Positions 1 through 9,337 of a stretch of 39,796 nucleotides of DNA are shown here, in pieces (the stretch's first letter is position 1; the number at the start of each line of letters is the position of its first letter). A model generated the notes under the pieces. It saw only the letters and a program-made list of their open reading frames with translations, searched no databases and was not told the origin of the DNA. The DNA comes from a virus: IMG/VR virus record IMGVR_UViG_3300037539_000019. One strand, 5' to 3'. The translations under genes were made by a program, and so were the position numbers.

Positions 1-127
1 CACCGATCAAAGGGTTTCCGTTTTGTGACATTGGCTTTGCTCCTTGCTACTGCTTGACGCTCGGGCGGCGGATTGTACGCCTCGCGTCAAAAGCTGGACA
101 GATAGACAGTGATGGCAAATTGACCCA
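1..127. repeat. Terminal overlap, copy A (identical to 39670..39796)
   Basis: Read directly: bases 1-127 (caccgatcaaagggtttccg...gatggcaaattgaccca) recur exactly at 39670-39796. Unit length is 39669 bp. Confidence 0.95.
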
Positions 128-131
128 TTCG

Positions 132-1175
132 TCAGGAAGGCGTGACGCACTCGGCCGACGAATAGGCGTATTCACCGCCCACCACATGGGTGACCGACTC
201 GACTTGCCACAGACGGTTAGCGCTGGCTCGATGGTTGCGCACGTCTAGCCGCCCCTCGGCGACAATGCCCGGGGTCAGCGGCCGGGTTATCGACATCGTC
301 GACTTGCCGCGCTGCAACTGCTTCAGCTTGGCCGCTGCCGCTTCCTGGGCGCTCTTCTGGTCGGTGTAGGTCTTGCGGATGATGTAGCGCGGGCCGACTA
401 CGCTGGCGGCGTCGTCGACCGCCTGGCCGGCGTCCTGGGCGGCCTCGCCGAAGATGGCCACCGCGCCGGCGACGATCCCCGCGACGGCCGGCACCTTGCG
501 CTGTTCGGCCTCGCTGAACCAATAGGCGACCACCGACTGGTAGTCGTTGCGCTCTTGGATGGTGACCCGCCCGCTGCTGTTCTCCGGGTCGTCGATCACG
601 GTCACCGCCAGCGCGTTACCCGTCACGCTCTTGGCTTCGCCCTTGGGCACCACCACCAGGCGCCCGCCGACCGGCTTGGCCACCGCGCCCAGCTCGCGCG
701 ACAGGCGCGTCAGCAGGTTCATATCGGATTCCGCGCGCTGATCAATGTGGGTGAACACATGCCCGGCCAGCGCCGGCGCAACGGCCGGAATATACCCATG
801 CTCGGCGGCCATCTTGGCCACCAGGGCGCCCAGGGTGATGCCGTCGAAGGTGGCGTCGCGCGGGGCCTTGATCCCGCCCAGCATCTTCGCCGCCTTGCCG
901 TGGATCACTAGCGCCTGATCGTCTAGCGGTTCTTCCAGTTCGTCGACCTGATAAGCCCCCTTGAACACCAGGGCGCCAGGCTCGCCAATCCAGACCTTCA
1001 GTTCCGCCCCGGTCGGTGGCAAGCGGATCAGGTTGTCGCGGTTGTCCAGCTCGATGGCCACCGTGTCGCTATCCTCGCCGGCGGAATCCTGAAGCGTCAG
1101 CTTCAGGAAGCGCTTGCGGATGGCGGCGGTGATGTCGTTGTCGTTTGCCGTGATTCGATAGTCGGCCTTGGCCAT
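132..1175 (-). CDS. Tail protein D (P2 gpD / R-pyocin PA0628-like)
   Basis: 347-aa ORF, last gene of the sheath-tube-E-T-U-X-D order typical of P2-like tails. High GC3. Family call from memory of gpD-like proteins. Confidence 0.8.
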   Translation of the reverse strand: MAKADYRITANDNDITAAIRKRFLKLTLQDSAGEDSDTVAIELDNRDNLIRLPPTGAELKVWIGEPGALVFKGAYQVDELEEPLDDQALVIHGKAAKMLGGIKAPRDATFDGITLGALVAKMAAEHGYIPAVAPALAGHVFTHIDQRAESDMNLLTRLSRELGAVAKPVGGRLVVVPKGEAKSVTGNALAVTVIDDPENSSGRVTIQERNDYQSVVAYWFSEAEQRKVPAVAGIVAGAVAIFGEAAQDAGQAVDDAASVVGPRYIIRKTYTDQKSAQEAAAAKLKQLQRGKSTMSITRPLTPGIVAEGRLDVRNHRASANRLWQVESVTHVVGGEYAYSSAECVTPS

Positions 1176-1184
1176 GATCCCCCC

Positions 1185-1388
1185 TTAGTCCCACAGCGAA
1201 ACCTGCCCAGGCGCTTCGGCGGCAGGCAGGTCGGGCAGCTCAATCAAGCGCCCTTCGGGCAGCACGGGGCCAAGCTGGCAAAGCCCCGGGTTGGCTTCTA
1301 AAACCGCCTCGGTAGCCCCGGGGCGGCCCGCGTAGTAGCGGTGACAAATGGCGTCGAGCATGTCGCCCGGGCGGGTGCGGTACTGCAT
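1185..1388 (-). CDS. Tail protein X (LysM-like, P2 gpX family)
   Basis: Internal ATG (1388) of track ORF 1185..1502 gives 67 aa, MQYRTRPGDMLDAICHRYY.... It starts just after the gpU stop (1391-1393) and sits between U and D as in R-pyocin/phiCTX-type clusters. Confidence 0.7.
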   Translation of the reverse strand: MQYRTRPGDMLDAICHRYYAGRPGATEAVLEANPGLCQLGPVLPEGRLIELPDLPAAEAPGQVSLWD

Positions 1389-1390
1389 CG

Positions 1391-1819
1391 CTAGACCTCG
1401 TCTTCGCCGTATTCGGATATGGACAGCGACCCCTTGCGCACAAGGGGCGTGCCGTCCTGCATGAAGTGCTCGTCGGCCACGCTCAGGCTGTCGATCACCC
1501 ACAGCCCCAGGTCGGCGCCGGATTGCTTCAGCACTCCACCGACAAGGGCCGTGCCACCAGCCACCAGGCGCAACGGCTCGCCGGCGTCACCCATGGCGCG
1601 CAGGCGGTCGAACAGCACCACGTCGGCGCGGCTGTCCGGGTGTATGGTGATTTCCAGGGTCTTGGTCGTGCTGTCCGGCCCGTGGAACTGCTTTCCAGGC
1701 TTGCGCCCGTAGCGGTCTTTTTTCGCCCAGCGCCACGACATCGAGGTCGCCAGGCTTTGGTATTCGGCTGTTCGCACACTGAAGCGGAAGTCGCCCAGCG
1801 CCATCATCGTTTCTGCCAT
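1391..1819 (-). CDS. Tail protein U (P2 gpU-like tail terminator)
   Basis: 142-aa ORF directly downstream of the tape measure gene. Size and position match gpU. Confidence 0.8.
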   Translation of the reverse strand: MAETMMALGDFRFSVRTAEYQSLATSMSWRWAKKDRYGRKPGKQFHGPDSTTKTLEITIHPDSRADVVLFDRLRAMGDAGEPLRLVAGGTALVGGVLKQSGADLGLWVIDSLSVADEHFMQDGTPLVRKGSLSISEYGEDEV

Positions 1820-1830
1820 GTAGCCCCCAC

Positions 1831-1852
1831 GAAAAAGCCGCCCGGGGGCGGC
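1831..1852 (-). terminator. Intrinsic terminator-like hairpin between tape measure and gpU
   Basis: Minus strand reads GCCGCC-CCCG-GGCGGC followed by TTTTT. It lies between the box array at 1853-1876 and the gpU start. Confidence 0.6.
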
Positions 1853-1876
1853 TTAGCTATTTCGCTAAATTGCTAG
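1853..1876 (+). repeat. 8-bp-periodic box array A1 (TTAGCTAT TTCGCTAA ATTGCTAG)
   Basis: Three phased 8-bp units with a GCT core and AT-rich spacers. Intergenic, overlapping the tape-measure stop codon. Confidence 0.85.
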
Positions 1877-4413
1877 TCGGCGTTGTCGCCCAGGCGGCCA
1901 CGCTGCCCGCGTGCGGCCTGGCGGTCGCGCGCGTCCAGCTCGGCGCGAACCTTCTTCGCGACCTGCTCTTCAGACATCCCCGGGGCAGCCTGTACGGTGA
2001 TTCCGCCGTACTGGTTGACCTGCTGCGGCGCAGCAGCTCGACCAGCAGGCGACGCCACGCCCCCCACGGCAGCCGCGCGCGTGCCACCAGCGCCCACCGT
2101 GCCAGCCTCGGCGCCGGCTCCGGCGCCACCACCAGCAGGCGCAGCAGCGGCCGCCGGCGAATCGCTGCCGAAGATCCCGCCGGCGAAGTTTTTGATCTTC
2201 TCGATAGGCCCCATGACCTTCTCGGCGATCCAGTCGATAGCCGCGCCACAGGCGTTTTTGATGCCTTCCCACAGCGTCGAGAAGAACCCCGTCAGCGGCT
2301 CCCACGCCTGAATCACCAGGCCGAGCGGGCTGAACATCAGCAGGGACTTGATAACTTCCCAGCCCATGAAAAACGCCGCCTTGATGCCATCCCACAGGCC
2401 GCTAAAGAACGTCGACAGCGGTTCCCAATAGCGCACCACCAGGGCGACCACGGCAATCAGCGCCATGATGCCCAGGATGATCAGCCCGATAGGGTTGGCC
2501 ATCATCGCGGCGTTTAGCGCCCACTGCGCCGCCGTCATCAGCGCCGCACCCACGGCGAAGGCCCGCGACGCGGTGCCCATCAGGAACACCCCGGCAGCGG
2601 CCCCCATGGCGCGAACGCGCGTTACCAGTAACGCCGCTTGCGCGCGCAGGTTGGTCAGCGTGAAGAACGCCAGCGACTTGCTGGCCAACAGCATCGCGTC
2701 GGACATAAAGGCGAAGGCGAAGCGCCCGCCGATGGTGGCCACCTTCAGGGCGATCAGCCCGACGATGGCATAGGCCACCACGGTCGACAGGAACGGGAAG
2801 CGCTCGGTCAGCATCGTGACGAAGCCCGCCAACTGCCCCAGGCTGTCGGCGGCGAACACCATGGCCGGGGCGAACAGCTTGCCGACAGCGGCCGACAGGT
2901 TGCCCAGGCGCTGGCCGAACAGGCCGAACACGGCGACCGGGCCTTGCTGCATCGCGCGGGCCATTTCTTCCGTGGTCGTCATGCCGCCGCGCAGGCTGTC
3001 GTCAAGACTGCCCATGCTGGCCTTGAGCGCGTCGACCTCGGGATATAGCAGCTTGATCAGCGCGACAGCCTCTTCGGTGCCGAACGCCTTTTGCAGCTCG
3101 GCCGCCTCGACCGCGTCGAGCGTGTCGCCGTACTTGCCGCGCAGCTCTTCCAAAATCTCGGGCATCGAACGCAACTGGTCGTTAGCATCCAGAAACGTCA
3201 GGCTCAGGGCATCGCCCGCCTTCGACGCCGCGTTCAGAAATGCCCGGTACTTGGTCGCCGCCTCGCTGCCCGACATCGTCGCTTGCAGGTGCCCCAGGAT
3301 CGACAACTGTTCGGCAAACGGCACGTTGGCCGACGTAGCTGTCGCGCCCAGGGCGGAAATGGCGCTGCTCATTTCCTGGCCGTTGGTTTTGAACGCCCGC
3401 ACGCTGGTCGCGATGCCCGCCGAAAAGTATTCGCCGAACTTGATGTCGCGTTCCTCGGCGCTCAGCTTCTGCCAGCCCTCGACCGTCGAGGCGCCGAACG
3501 CTTCGAACTGCTTGCGATAGATGCCATAGCCCGACGCGAACAGGTTGGTCATTTGCGCCGTGCTGGCCTTGGTCGCGGCGCCCGTCAGGGCCGCGATGCG
3601 GGTGAACTCGCCGACCGCCGCGTCGCCCAGGCTGGCAATACCCGACTTGATGTCGTAGGACGCGCGGATAAAGTCGCCCGTAGTGGTTCCCGCCCACTGA
3701 TCAGAGAACGCCTTGGCCTTGGCGGTGATCGCCTCGATACCCGGGTCGTCGATCTTCAGCGACCGGATTTCGCCCTGTGCGGCCGCCACGTCGCCATAGG
3801 CGTCGACCAGCTTCTTGATACCGAACACCGTGGCGCCCACGCCGACCGCGTCAGCGGTGGCAGACATCCGCATTTCGCTGTTGCGCTTCTTGATGTCGGC
3901 GACGCGCTTCTGTTGCTCGGCGACGCCGGCAAGGGCCTTTTGTTCCTTGGCCAACTGCTCGTTATAGCGCTTGGTCTGCACCTCGATTCGGCGCGTCGCC
4001 TCGCCCAGCTTGCCGGTATTGACCCCCGCTTCTTTCAGCTTCGCCCCGGTCTGCTGCAACTCCAGGCGCTCGGCCTGCTGCTGCGCTTGCAAGCGCTTGA
4101 CCTGGGCCGTCGCCTTCTCAAACTCGGCCGTCATTTTGCGCGACGGCTCGGCGGTGGCGGCCAGTTGCTGCCCCAGGGCCTTGGCCTTGGCCTGGGCGGC
4201 GGCCAGGGCGTCGCCGGTCTTGGCGCCGCGTTCCTGCAACGCCTTGAAATGCTCGATGTCCTTGGACGTGCTGCCGAGCCTGGCCAGCTCGGTTTGGGTC
4301 GACTTGATCTTGTCGCCCATCTTCGTGGTTTCGCTGGTGACCTTCTGAATCGGGCCGGTGATCTTGTCCACCAGACCCATGATCAGGTTAAGCCGCATAG
4401 AGTTGGTCGACAT
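1873..4413 (-). CDS. Tail tape measure protein
   Basis: 846-aa ORF after the E/E' chaperones. Coiled-coil-like N half, hydrophobic stretches, Gly/Ala-rich C terminus. Position is typical of gpT. Confidence 0.85.
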   Translation of the reverse strand: MSTNSMRLNLIMGLVDKITGPIQKVTSETTKMGDKIKSTQTELARLGSTSKDIEHFKALQERGAKTGDALAAAQAKAKALGQQLAATAEPSRKMTAEFEKATAQVKRLQAQQQAERLELQQTGAKLKEAGVNTGKLGEATRRIEVQTKRYNEQLAKEQKALAGVAEQQKRVADIKKRNSEMRMSATADAVGVGATVFGIKKLVDAYGDVAAAQGEIRSLKIDDPGIEAITAKAKAFSDQWAGTTTGDFIRASYDIKSGIASLGDAAVGEFTRIAALTGAATKASTAQMTNLFASGYGIYRKQFEAFGASTVEGWQKLSAEERDIKFGEYFSAGIATSVRAFKTNGQEMSSAISALGATATSANVPFAEQLSILGHLQATMSGSEAATKYRAFLNAASKAGDALSLTFLDANDQLRSMPEILEELRGKYGDTLDAVEAAELQKAFGTEEAVALIKLLYPEVDALKASMGSLDDSLRGGMTTTEEMARAMQQGPVAVFGLFGQRLGNLSAAVGKLFAPAMVFAADSLGQLAGFVTMLTERFPFLSTVVAYAIVGLIALKVATIGGRFAFAFMSDAMLLASKSLAFFTLTNLRAQAALLVTRVRAMGAAAGVFLMGTASRAFAVGAALMTAAQWALNAAMMANPIGLIILGIMALIAVVALVVRYWEPLSTFFSGLWDGIKAAFFMGWEVIKSLLMFSPLGLVIQAWEPLTGFFSTLWEGIKNACGAAIDWIAEKVMGPIEKIKNFAGGIFGSDSPAAAAAPAGGGAGAGAEAGTVGAGGTRAAAVGGVASPAGRAAAPQQVNQYGGITVQAAPGMSEEQVAKKVRAELDARDRQAARGQRGRLGDNAD

Positions 4414-4450
4414 TTCCCCACCCCATAAAAAAAGGGCCGGGCGGCCCCTG

Positions 4451-4863
4451 TCAGGACTGCCCGGCCTTACCCTGCTCGTAGCGCTCCAGGGCGATGCGGT
4501 GCCAGCGCATAAGCTCGGCGAGCGTCATGCGCTCCGTCGTCAGCGCGTCCCAGCCGGTGAAGACCAGGAAGATGTCGGCTTCCGCCTCCATCACGTCGCG
4601 CGGAACGGCGGTCACTCCATGAAAAAAGCGACCACCTCCGTTTGCACCGCCATCAGGTCTTTCGGCGACAGCAGGTCGAATTCATTGGCGGTGATGTTGG
4701 AAATGCGCGGCACCAGGGTACGGTGGGCGGTGACGTTCATGCGGATCACGTCGAACATATCCAGGCCGCGCAGCTCACCGGCGCCAGGCTCGCGGAAGGT
4801 CACTTCGGTGATTTCGGTTTCGCCGCGCTTGAGCGGGCGCTTCAGGGTGACGGGGGTAGTCAT
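4451..4863 (-). CDS. Tail assembly chaperone E+E' (product of a programmed -1 frameshift)
   Basis: Coding strand reads GCT TTT TTC (A6 run at 4622-4627 on the plus strand) three codons before the gpE stop. The -1 frame stays open with high GC3 to TGA at 4451-4453. It encodes ...DVMEAEADIFLVFTGWDALTTERMTLAELMRWHRIALERYEQGKAGQS (P2 GpE'-like). Confidence 0.6.
4612..4863 (-). CDS. Tail assembly chaperone gpE
   Basis: 83-aa ORF between the tube and tape measure genes, ending in a slippery T-run. Confidence 0.75.
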   Translation of the reverse strand: MTTPVTLKRPLKRGETEITEVTFREPGAGELRGLDMFDVIRMNVTAHRTLVPRISNITANEFDLLSPKDLMAVQTEVVAFFME

Positions 4864-4903
4864 TTCGCTAAATCCTTGATTCGCTAATTATGGAATTCGT
4901 GAC
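4864..4903 (+). repeat. 8-bp-periodic box array A2 (TTCGCTAA ATCCTTGA TTCGCTAA TTATGGAA TTCGTGAC)
   Basis: Two exact TTCGCTAA units 16 bp apart, in phase. Intergenic, abutting the gpE start codon. Confidence 0.7.
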
Positions 4904-4918
4904 GCGTGACGCCGGCCC

Positions 4919-5431
4919 TTATTGGGCCAGCGCCTGGCGGATTTCCTTGTTACGGTCTTTGCCGTTGATGCGGAAAATGTTGTTCATCTTGTCGATGTAA
5001 ATACGTTCCTTGCCGTCGACTTCGAAGTGGAAGAACTCGACCGCGATGGCGAATTTCATGGTCGCTTCCTTCTCGGGCGCCCACTCGTTGAACTCCAGCG
5101 ACTTCCAGAAGCCTTGCATTCGCACGATTACGGTCTTGATCGAGCCGTCACGGTCGACGGCACCGCGAATGGTGAACACCTCGTCGCGGCTCTCGCGCGA
5201 GCCGACAAGGTCGGTCACCTTCTCCGGGTAGTCGGAAATGGTGACTTCAGCTTCCAGCTTTTCCAGCCGGCCCAGGTCGCGCTCGATGTCGCCGGCGACG
5301 CCGGCCATGGCCGCGTCCATGGTCTTGACCACGATCTTCGGCAGCGCGACGGTATTGCAAACGCCGGCGAACGATTCGTCCTGAAAGAACGAATTCATAT
5401 CGACCAGCACACTCGGCAGCTTGGCGCCCAT
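4919..5431 (-). CDS. Tail tube protein (P2 FII-like)
   Basis: 170-aa ORF directly after the sheath gene. Size and order are typical. Confidence 0.85.
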   Translation of the reverse strand: MGAKLPSVLVDMNSFFQDESFAGVCNTVALPKIVVKTMDAAMAGVAGDIERDLGRLEKLEAEVTISDYPEKVTDLVGSRESRDEVFTIRGAVDRDGSIKTVIVRMQGFWKSLEFNEWAPEKEATMKFAIAVEFFHFEVDGKERIYIDKMNNIFRINGKDRNKEIRQALAQ

Positions 5432-5442
5432 GGATCACCCCC

Positions 5443-6585
5443 TTATTCGAAAACGGCTTCGTTGTAGCTGTTGTTGACGTGCTGGCGGAACGTCATGCGC
5501 TCGGCCACGTCGTAGAAGCCCAGGTCATAGTCCCAATAGACTTGCCCGGTGCCGATGGCGGCGATGTTCAGTTCCTTGTCGACCCAGCATTCGCCGCCGC
5601 TGATCACCTCGCGCGTCTTCAGACGGCGAATCAGCTTGTTGACGCGGTTCTTCACGCCGTCGACATAGCCCTTGGTGACGTTGCGGTCGAGCAACTCTTG
5701 GTGCGCGTACAGGATCGAATCGCCCACGATGTAGCGGATGCGCTGGTGGGGCAGCATGACCTTGTTGGCCAGGCGGTTGCCGTACAGATACCAGCCGCCT
5801 TGCTGGTTGACGATCACCGTCACGTTCTTGCTGTTGTACAGATTGGCCTTGCTGGTCGTGCTGCCGATGGCGTGGTCGATCACTTCGTCGGTGCCGAGGA
5901 TGCCGAAAATCTTGCGGCTCGACGGGCTGTGCCAATAGCCCTCTTCGTTGTCGACGCGCACGATATGGCCCGCCACGGTGGCCGACGCCTTGCGGGTCAC
6001 GACCTGGCCGGTTTCATCGTCCAGCAGCTTGACGCCGCAATTGACGAACAGCGCTTCCTGATACAGCGCGCATTCAGCGATCACCGCGGAATAGCCGGTC
6101 TGGCTGCCGTCGATGATCGGGATAGCGTTCAGCTTCTTGGCGATGGCCTCCATTTCGGCGCCGACGCCCAGCAGGTGGCTGAACTCGGGCGCGATCAGCA
6201 GGCGCGGACGCACGCCCAGCAGCGACTCGGCAGCGAGGAAGGCTTTCATGCCGGTGTACTGGCCGGTTTCGTTGTCGATGCTGCCCAGCACGTCAGCGAT
6301 TTGCGCTTCCGGCGTCTCGGCGGTATCGACACGCACCACGACCACAATGGCGCCTGTCTGGCGGTAGATGTCTTTCAGCGCGTTGCGCAGGGTGCCCAGG
6401 GTGCCGGCCTTGGCGATCAGCTTGTCGCTGTTGCACAGCACCGGGGTATTGAGCGGGAACACCAGCGGGTCGGCATCGTCGGCGGTGGCCACCAGGCCGA
6501 TGGTCGACGCCGCCAGGACTTCGATAGGACGGTCGAGGTTTTCGAGGAAGTATTGCTCGACCCCGTGCAGATAATCGGCTGCCAT
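5443..6585 (-). CDS. Contractile tail sheath protein (P2 FI-like)
   Basis: 380-aa ORF preceding the tube gene. High GC3. Family call from memory. Confidence 0.9.
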   Translation of the reverse strand: MAADYLHGVEQYFLENLDRPIEVLAASTIGLVATADDADPLVFPLNTPVLCNSDKLIAKAGTLGTLRNALKDIYRQTGAIVVVVRVDTAETPEAQIADVLGSIDNETGQYTGMKAFLAAESLLGVRPRLLIAPEFSHLLGVGAEMEAIAKKLNAIPIIDGSQTGYSAVIAECALYQEALFVNCGVKLLDDETGQVVTRKASATVAGHIVRVDNEEGYWHSPSSRKIFGILGTDEVIDHAIGSTTSKANLYNSKNVTVIVNQQGGWYLYGNRLANKVMLPHQRIRYIVGDSILYAHQELLDRNVTKGYVDGVKNRVNKLIRRLKTREVISGGECWVDKELNIAAIGTGQVYWDYDLGFYDVAERMTFRQHVNNSYNEAVFE

Positions 6586-6602
6586 TGGCTTTTCTCTCCA
6601 GT

Positions 6603-6630
6603 AGAAGAAAGCCCCCGAAGGCGGGGGCTT
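6603..6630 (-). terminator. Intrinsic terminator after the moron gene
   Basis: Minus strand reads AAGCCCCCG-CCTT-CGGGGGCTT followed by TCTTCT. Confidence 0.6.
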
Positions 6631-6661
6631 GAAGGGTTGCGGGGCGACGGCGGGGCCGGCG

Positions 6662-7159
6662 CTAGATTTCCTTGGCGGGGTTGAGCTTGAAGGTCATGCC
6701 CTTGGCCGGTTCCTGGCTGCCTTCGTGCTCGGGCTTGATCTTGAAGCCAAGGCGCACCACGGCGGCCGTGGTAGCGCTACGCTCGCGCACGAAATAGAAG
6801 CCATACCAGCGCGACACGCCGCCGCGCCGCACGGCCCGCACAAACTGCCAGCCGCCTTTGCCGGGCTTATCCTCGACGGTGTACTGGCCCAGGTAGTCGA
6901 TGGCGCATTCGCTAACGGGGCAGCTCACCCCGGGCACCAGGCGCATGTTATTGACCGGGTTGCGCACGGCGGCCCACCACCAGCGAGCAAGCCAGGACGT
7001 GACGGGTAACGGCGCAAGCGGCAAGCCAAGGCGACGCAGCAACGGCAGCAGGCCGAACAACAGCAACACCAGGCGCACCACCGCCAGCACCGCCCATTGC
7101 ACCAGGGCGAACAGAAGATCGAGGCACCAGACGGCGCCCCGCTTGAACTTGTCGAGCAT
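6662..7159 (-). CDS. Membrane protein of unknown function (moron at the Tfa/sheath junction)
   Basis: 165-aa ORF with a hydrophobic N-terminal region (VWCLDLLFALVQWAVLAVVRLVLLLFGLLPLL). It has a terminator hairpin on each side and occupies the position of P2 Z/fun. Confidence 0.65.
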   Translation of the reverse strand: MLDKFKRGAVWCLDLLFALVQWAVLAVVRLVLLLFGLLPLLRRLGLPLAPLPVTSWLARWWWAAVRNPVNNMRLVPGVSCPVSECAIDYLGQYTVEDKPGKGGWQFVRAVRRGGVSRWYGFYFVRERSATTAAVVRLGFKIKPEHEGSQEPAKGMTFKLNPAKEI

Positions 7160-7180
7160 GGGTATCCCCTTTCAGGATCA

Positions 7181-7215
7181 TCAGAAAAGCGAAAGCCCCC
7201 AGGGCGGGGGCTTTC
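7181..7215 (-). terminator. Intrinsic terminator after the tail fibre assembly gene
   Basis: Minus strand reads GAAAGCCCCC-GCCCT-GGGGGCTTTC followed by GCTTTTCT. The stem is nearly identical to the 6603-6630 hairpin. Confidence 0.6.
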
Positions 7216-7634
7216 TATGCAGCGGCGGCGAGCCAGGCAGGCGGCGACGGCCGCCCGGCAGCATCAGGAAACGCCGCCGACTCGGGCCAATCGCGAAGCA
7301 ACTGGCGCCACGCCAACAGCTCGCCGTACTGCTCAGCGGACAACGTCGTCGGGTTCGTCATATCCACTTCGTCGCGGTGGCGAGCGATCAGCCATTCCGT
7401 GCGGATCAACTCACCGTCCCGCCAGGCACGTTCGGCGGCTTCCAATTGCTCGGCGGTCAATGGCAAAGACGCCACCAGCACGGGCCGCCCTTCGGCGTTA
7501 AGCGCGAGCGCATGGCCGGCAAGTTCTCGATACTCGGCCTCGCTTAGCTCGATGCACTCTTTACCGATAGCGTCACCATATGGCGCCCCCGGATACAGAC
7601 CCAGCGTTTCAGGGCAAAAGAAATACTTACTCAT
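7215..7634 (-). CDS. Tail fibre assembly chaperone (P2 gpG / Tfa-like)
   Basis: 139-aa ORF immediately after the fibre gene. N terminus MSKYFFCPETLGLY... is typical of Tfa proteins. Confidence 0.75.
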   Translation of the reverse strand: MSKYFFCPETLGLYPGAPYGDAIGKECIELSEAEYRELAGHALALNAEGRPVLVASLPLTAEQLEAAERAWRDGELIRTEWLIARHRDEVDMTNPTTLSAEQYGELLAWRQLLRDWPESAAFPDAAGRPSPPAWLAAAA

Positions 7635-7636
7635 GC

Positions 7637-9337
7637 CTAGTTACCTATCGAGAAGTAGAAAACGGACTTAGCGCCAGTGGCATGGGTCGTATCGACAACG
7701 TCGAGCACAAGCGCAGCGGTCGAAAGGCTTGCCGGGCTGTAGAACGGTACAAACGCGCCGTTGACAATGGCCTGGCTTACAAAAATGCAAAACCCACCCC
7801 AGTGGCTGTTAGGGAAGGCCATGGGCAGCGTGGCAGTGGTTGCACCACCATTGGAAACCACAGTAACGGTGGTAAGCCCCCATTGCAGTGTGAAACCGCT
7901 CAGCCAAGAAGGCAGCGATATATAACCGTTCTGAGCTAACAGGACGGAAAAACCAGCGCGCAGCTTTTTCGGCGTGACCACCACGTCATCGAGCGTGCCC
8001 GCATTGACTTCGGCTTGCGTGCCAATGCGCAGCACGCCGCGCAGCGCCTCAGTAGCAACGGCAGCAGCCGAGCGCAGCGCCTGAAAAACACGCAAAGGCG
8101 ACATCCATTTGCCCGGCGCAGTGCCGGCTTCCGCCTCTGCCTGGCTCGCAGCATCGTCACCCGTCACAAGGGCCGCCCAGGTAGACCAGGTGCTGCCAGA
8201 CCACTGGCTTCGGCGGTAGATGTTCCCAAACGCGTCGAAGAAAAGTTGATGGCGGCCGCCTGAACTCCCGCGCTCCACATGCAACAAGGAACCAAGCATG
8301 CCAACAGCCGGCGGGGTTCCAGGCGTCGCAGACGTGACGATGTAGACGCCATTGATAGCCAGGGTGTCGATATTTGCAGCGGCGGCCGCCACCGAGGCGA
8401 CGCCGGCCTGGCCAAGCGCAACAGCGTCAGTAATGCCGTAGCCCGCCAGCGTGGTCGGGTTGGTGCCACCAACGACCCGGCCGCGCTTGTCGACGGTAAT
8501 GCTGCGATATGTCCCAACAGCCAAGCCGGTCGGGCCGGTCGCAACTTCAAACACCAGCGCCGTCGCGCCCAGGTTAATCGGGGCATCTGTGACCAACTGC
8601 CAGACGCTATCGGCATTAACCGTGCCCTGCTCGACGGGAACCAGCATCCCCGGCGTTACCTCAAGCGCGGCGTCTGCATCCGCCGCGCGCGCCCAAGCGC
8701 CGGCGGCGGCGACATAGATGCCATTCTGTGCGCCATTGGCTTGATTCTTGACCAGCACGCGGTCGCCGGCGACCAATTGCACACCGTCGATAGACAGCAG
8801 CCCGGACAACGCGATGGCGGCCGTAGTGGCGACGCGCACCGACTGCTTTGCGTCCAGCTTCGCCAGCTCCTGGGCGACATAGTCTTCGACGAATTTACGG
8901 GTGGCCAGCACCTTCGACGGGTCGACCTTCAGCGTCACGCTGTCGGGACTCAGGATGTCGAAGACCAGTTCGAAGGCGATGTCCTTGATTGCCCCCGTCG
9001 AACCGATGGGCTTGAAGCTCTCGGGCAGGTTGCCGATGAAGATGGCGTCGCCCGCCGCGTCGCGCACGATGAATTCGCGCAGCCACCAGCCACCCACGTC
9101 GAACGGCAGCACCGCATGCAGCTCGACCCAGGTTTCCGACTCGGCGGCGTCGGCCAGCATGTTCGGCGCCGCCTCGTAGACCTTGCGCTTCAGCGCGGTT
9201 TCCTGCCCCGTCGGCAGGTACTCGGCGCCGTTGCCGTCGCCGAACTCCACCAGCGTCAGCTCAAGCGGCACTTGCAACAGCGCCGCCTGTTCCAACTTCG
9301 CACGGCCCAGCGTCGTCGGAATCGTCCGATACTCCAT
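7637..9337 (-). CDS. Tail fibre protein (P2 gpH-like N terminus)
   Basis: 566-aa ORF after gpI. N-terminal region resembles the conserved gpH attachment domain. Ala/Gly-rich shaft. Confidence 0.8.
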   Translation of the reverse strand: MEYRTIPTTLGRAKLEQAALLQVPLELTLVEFGDGNGAEYLPTGQETALKRKVYEAAPNMLADAAESETWVELHAVLPFDVGGWWLREFIVRDAAGDAIFIGNLPESFKPIGSTGAIKDIAFELVFDILSPDSVTLKVDPSKVLATRKFVEDYVAQELAKLDAKQSVRVATTAAIALSGLLSIDGVQLVAGDRVLVKNQANGAQNGIYVAAAGAWARAADADAALEVTPGMLVPVEQGTVNADSVWQLVTDAPINLGATALVFEVATGPTGLAVGTYRSITVDKRGRVVGGTNPTTLAGYGITDAVALGQAGVASVAAAAANIDTLAINGVYIVTSATPGTPPAVGMLGSLLHVERGSSGGRHQLFFDAFGNIYRRSQWSGSTWSTWAALVTGDDAASQAEAEAGTAPGKWMSPLRVFQALRSAAAVATEALRGVLRIGTQAEVNAGTLDDVVVTPKKLRAGFSVLLAQNGYISLPSWLSGFTLQWGLTTVTVVSNGGATTATLPMAFPNSHWGGFCIFVSQAIVNGAFVPFYSPASLSTAALVLDVVDTTHATGAKSVFYFSIGN

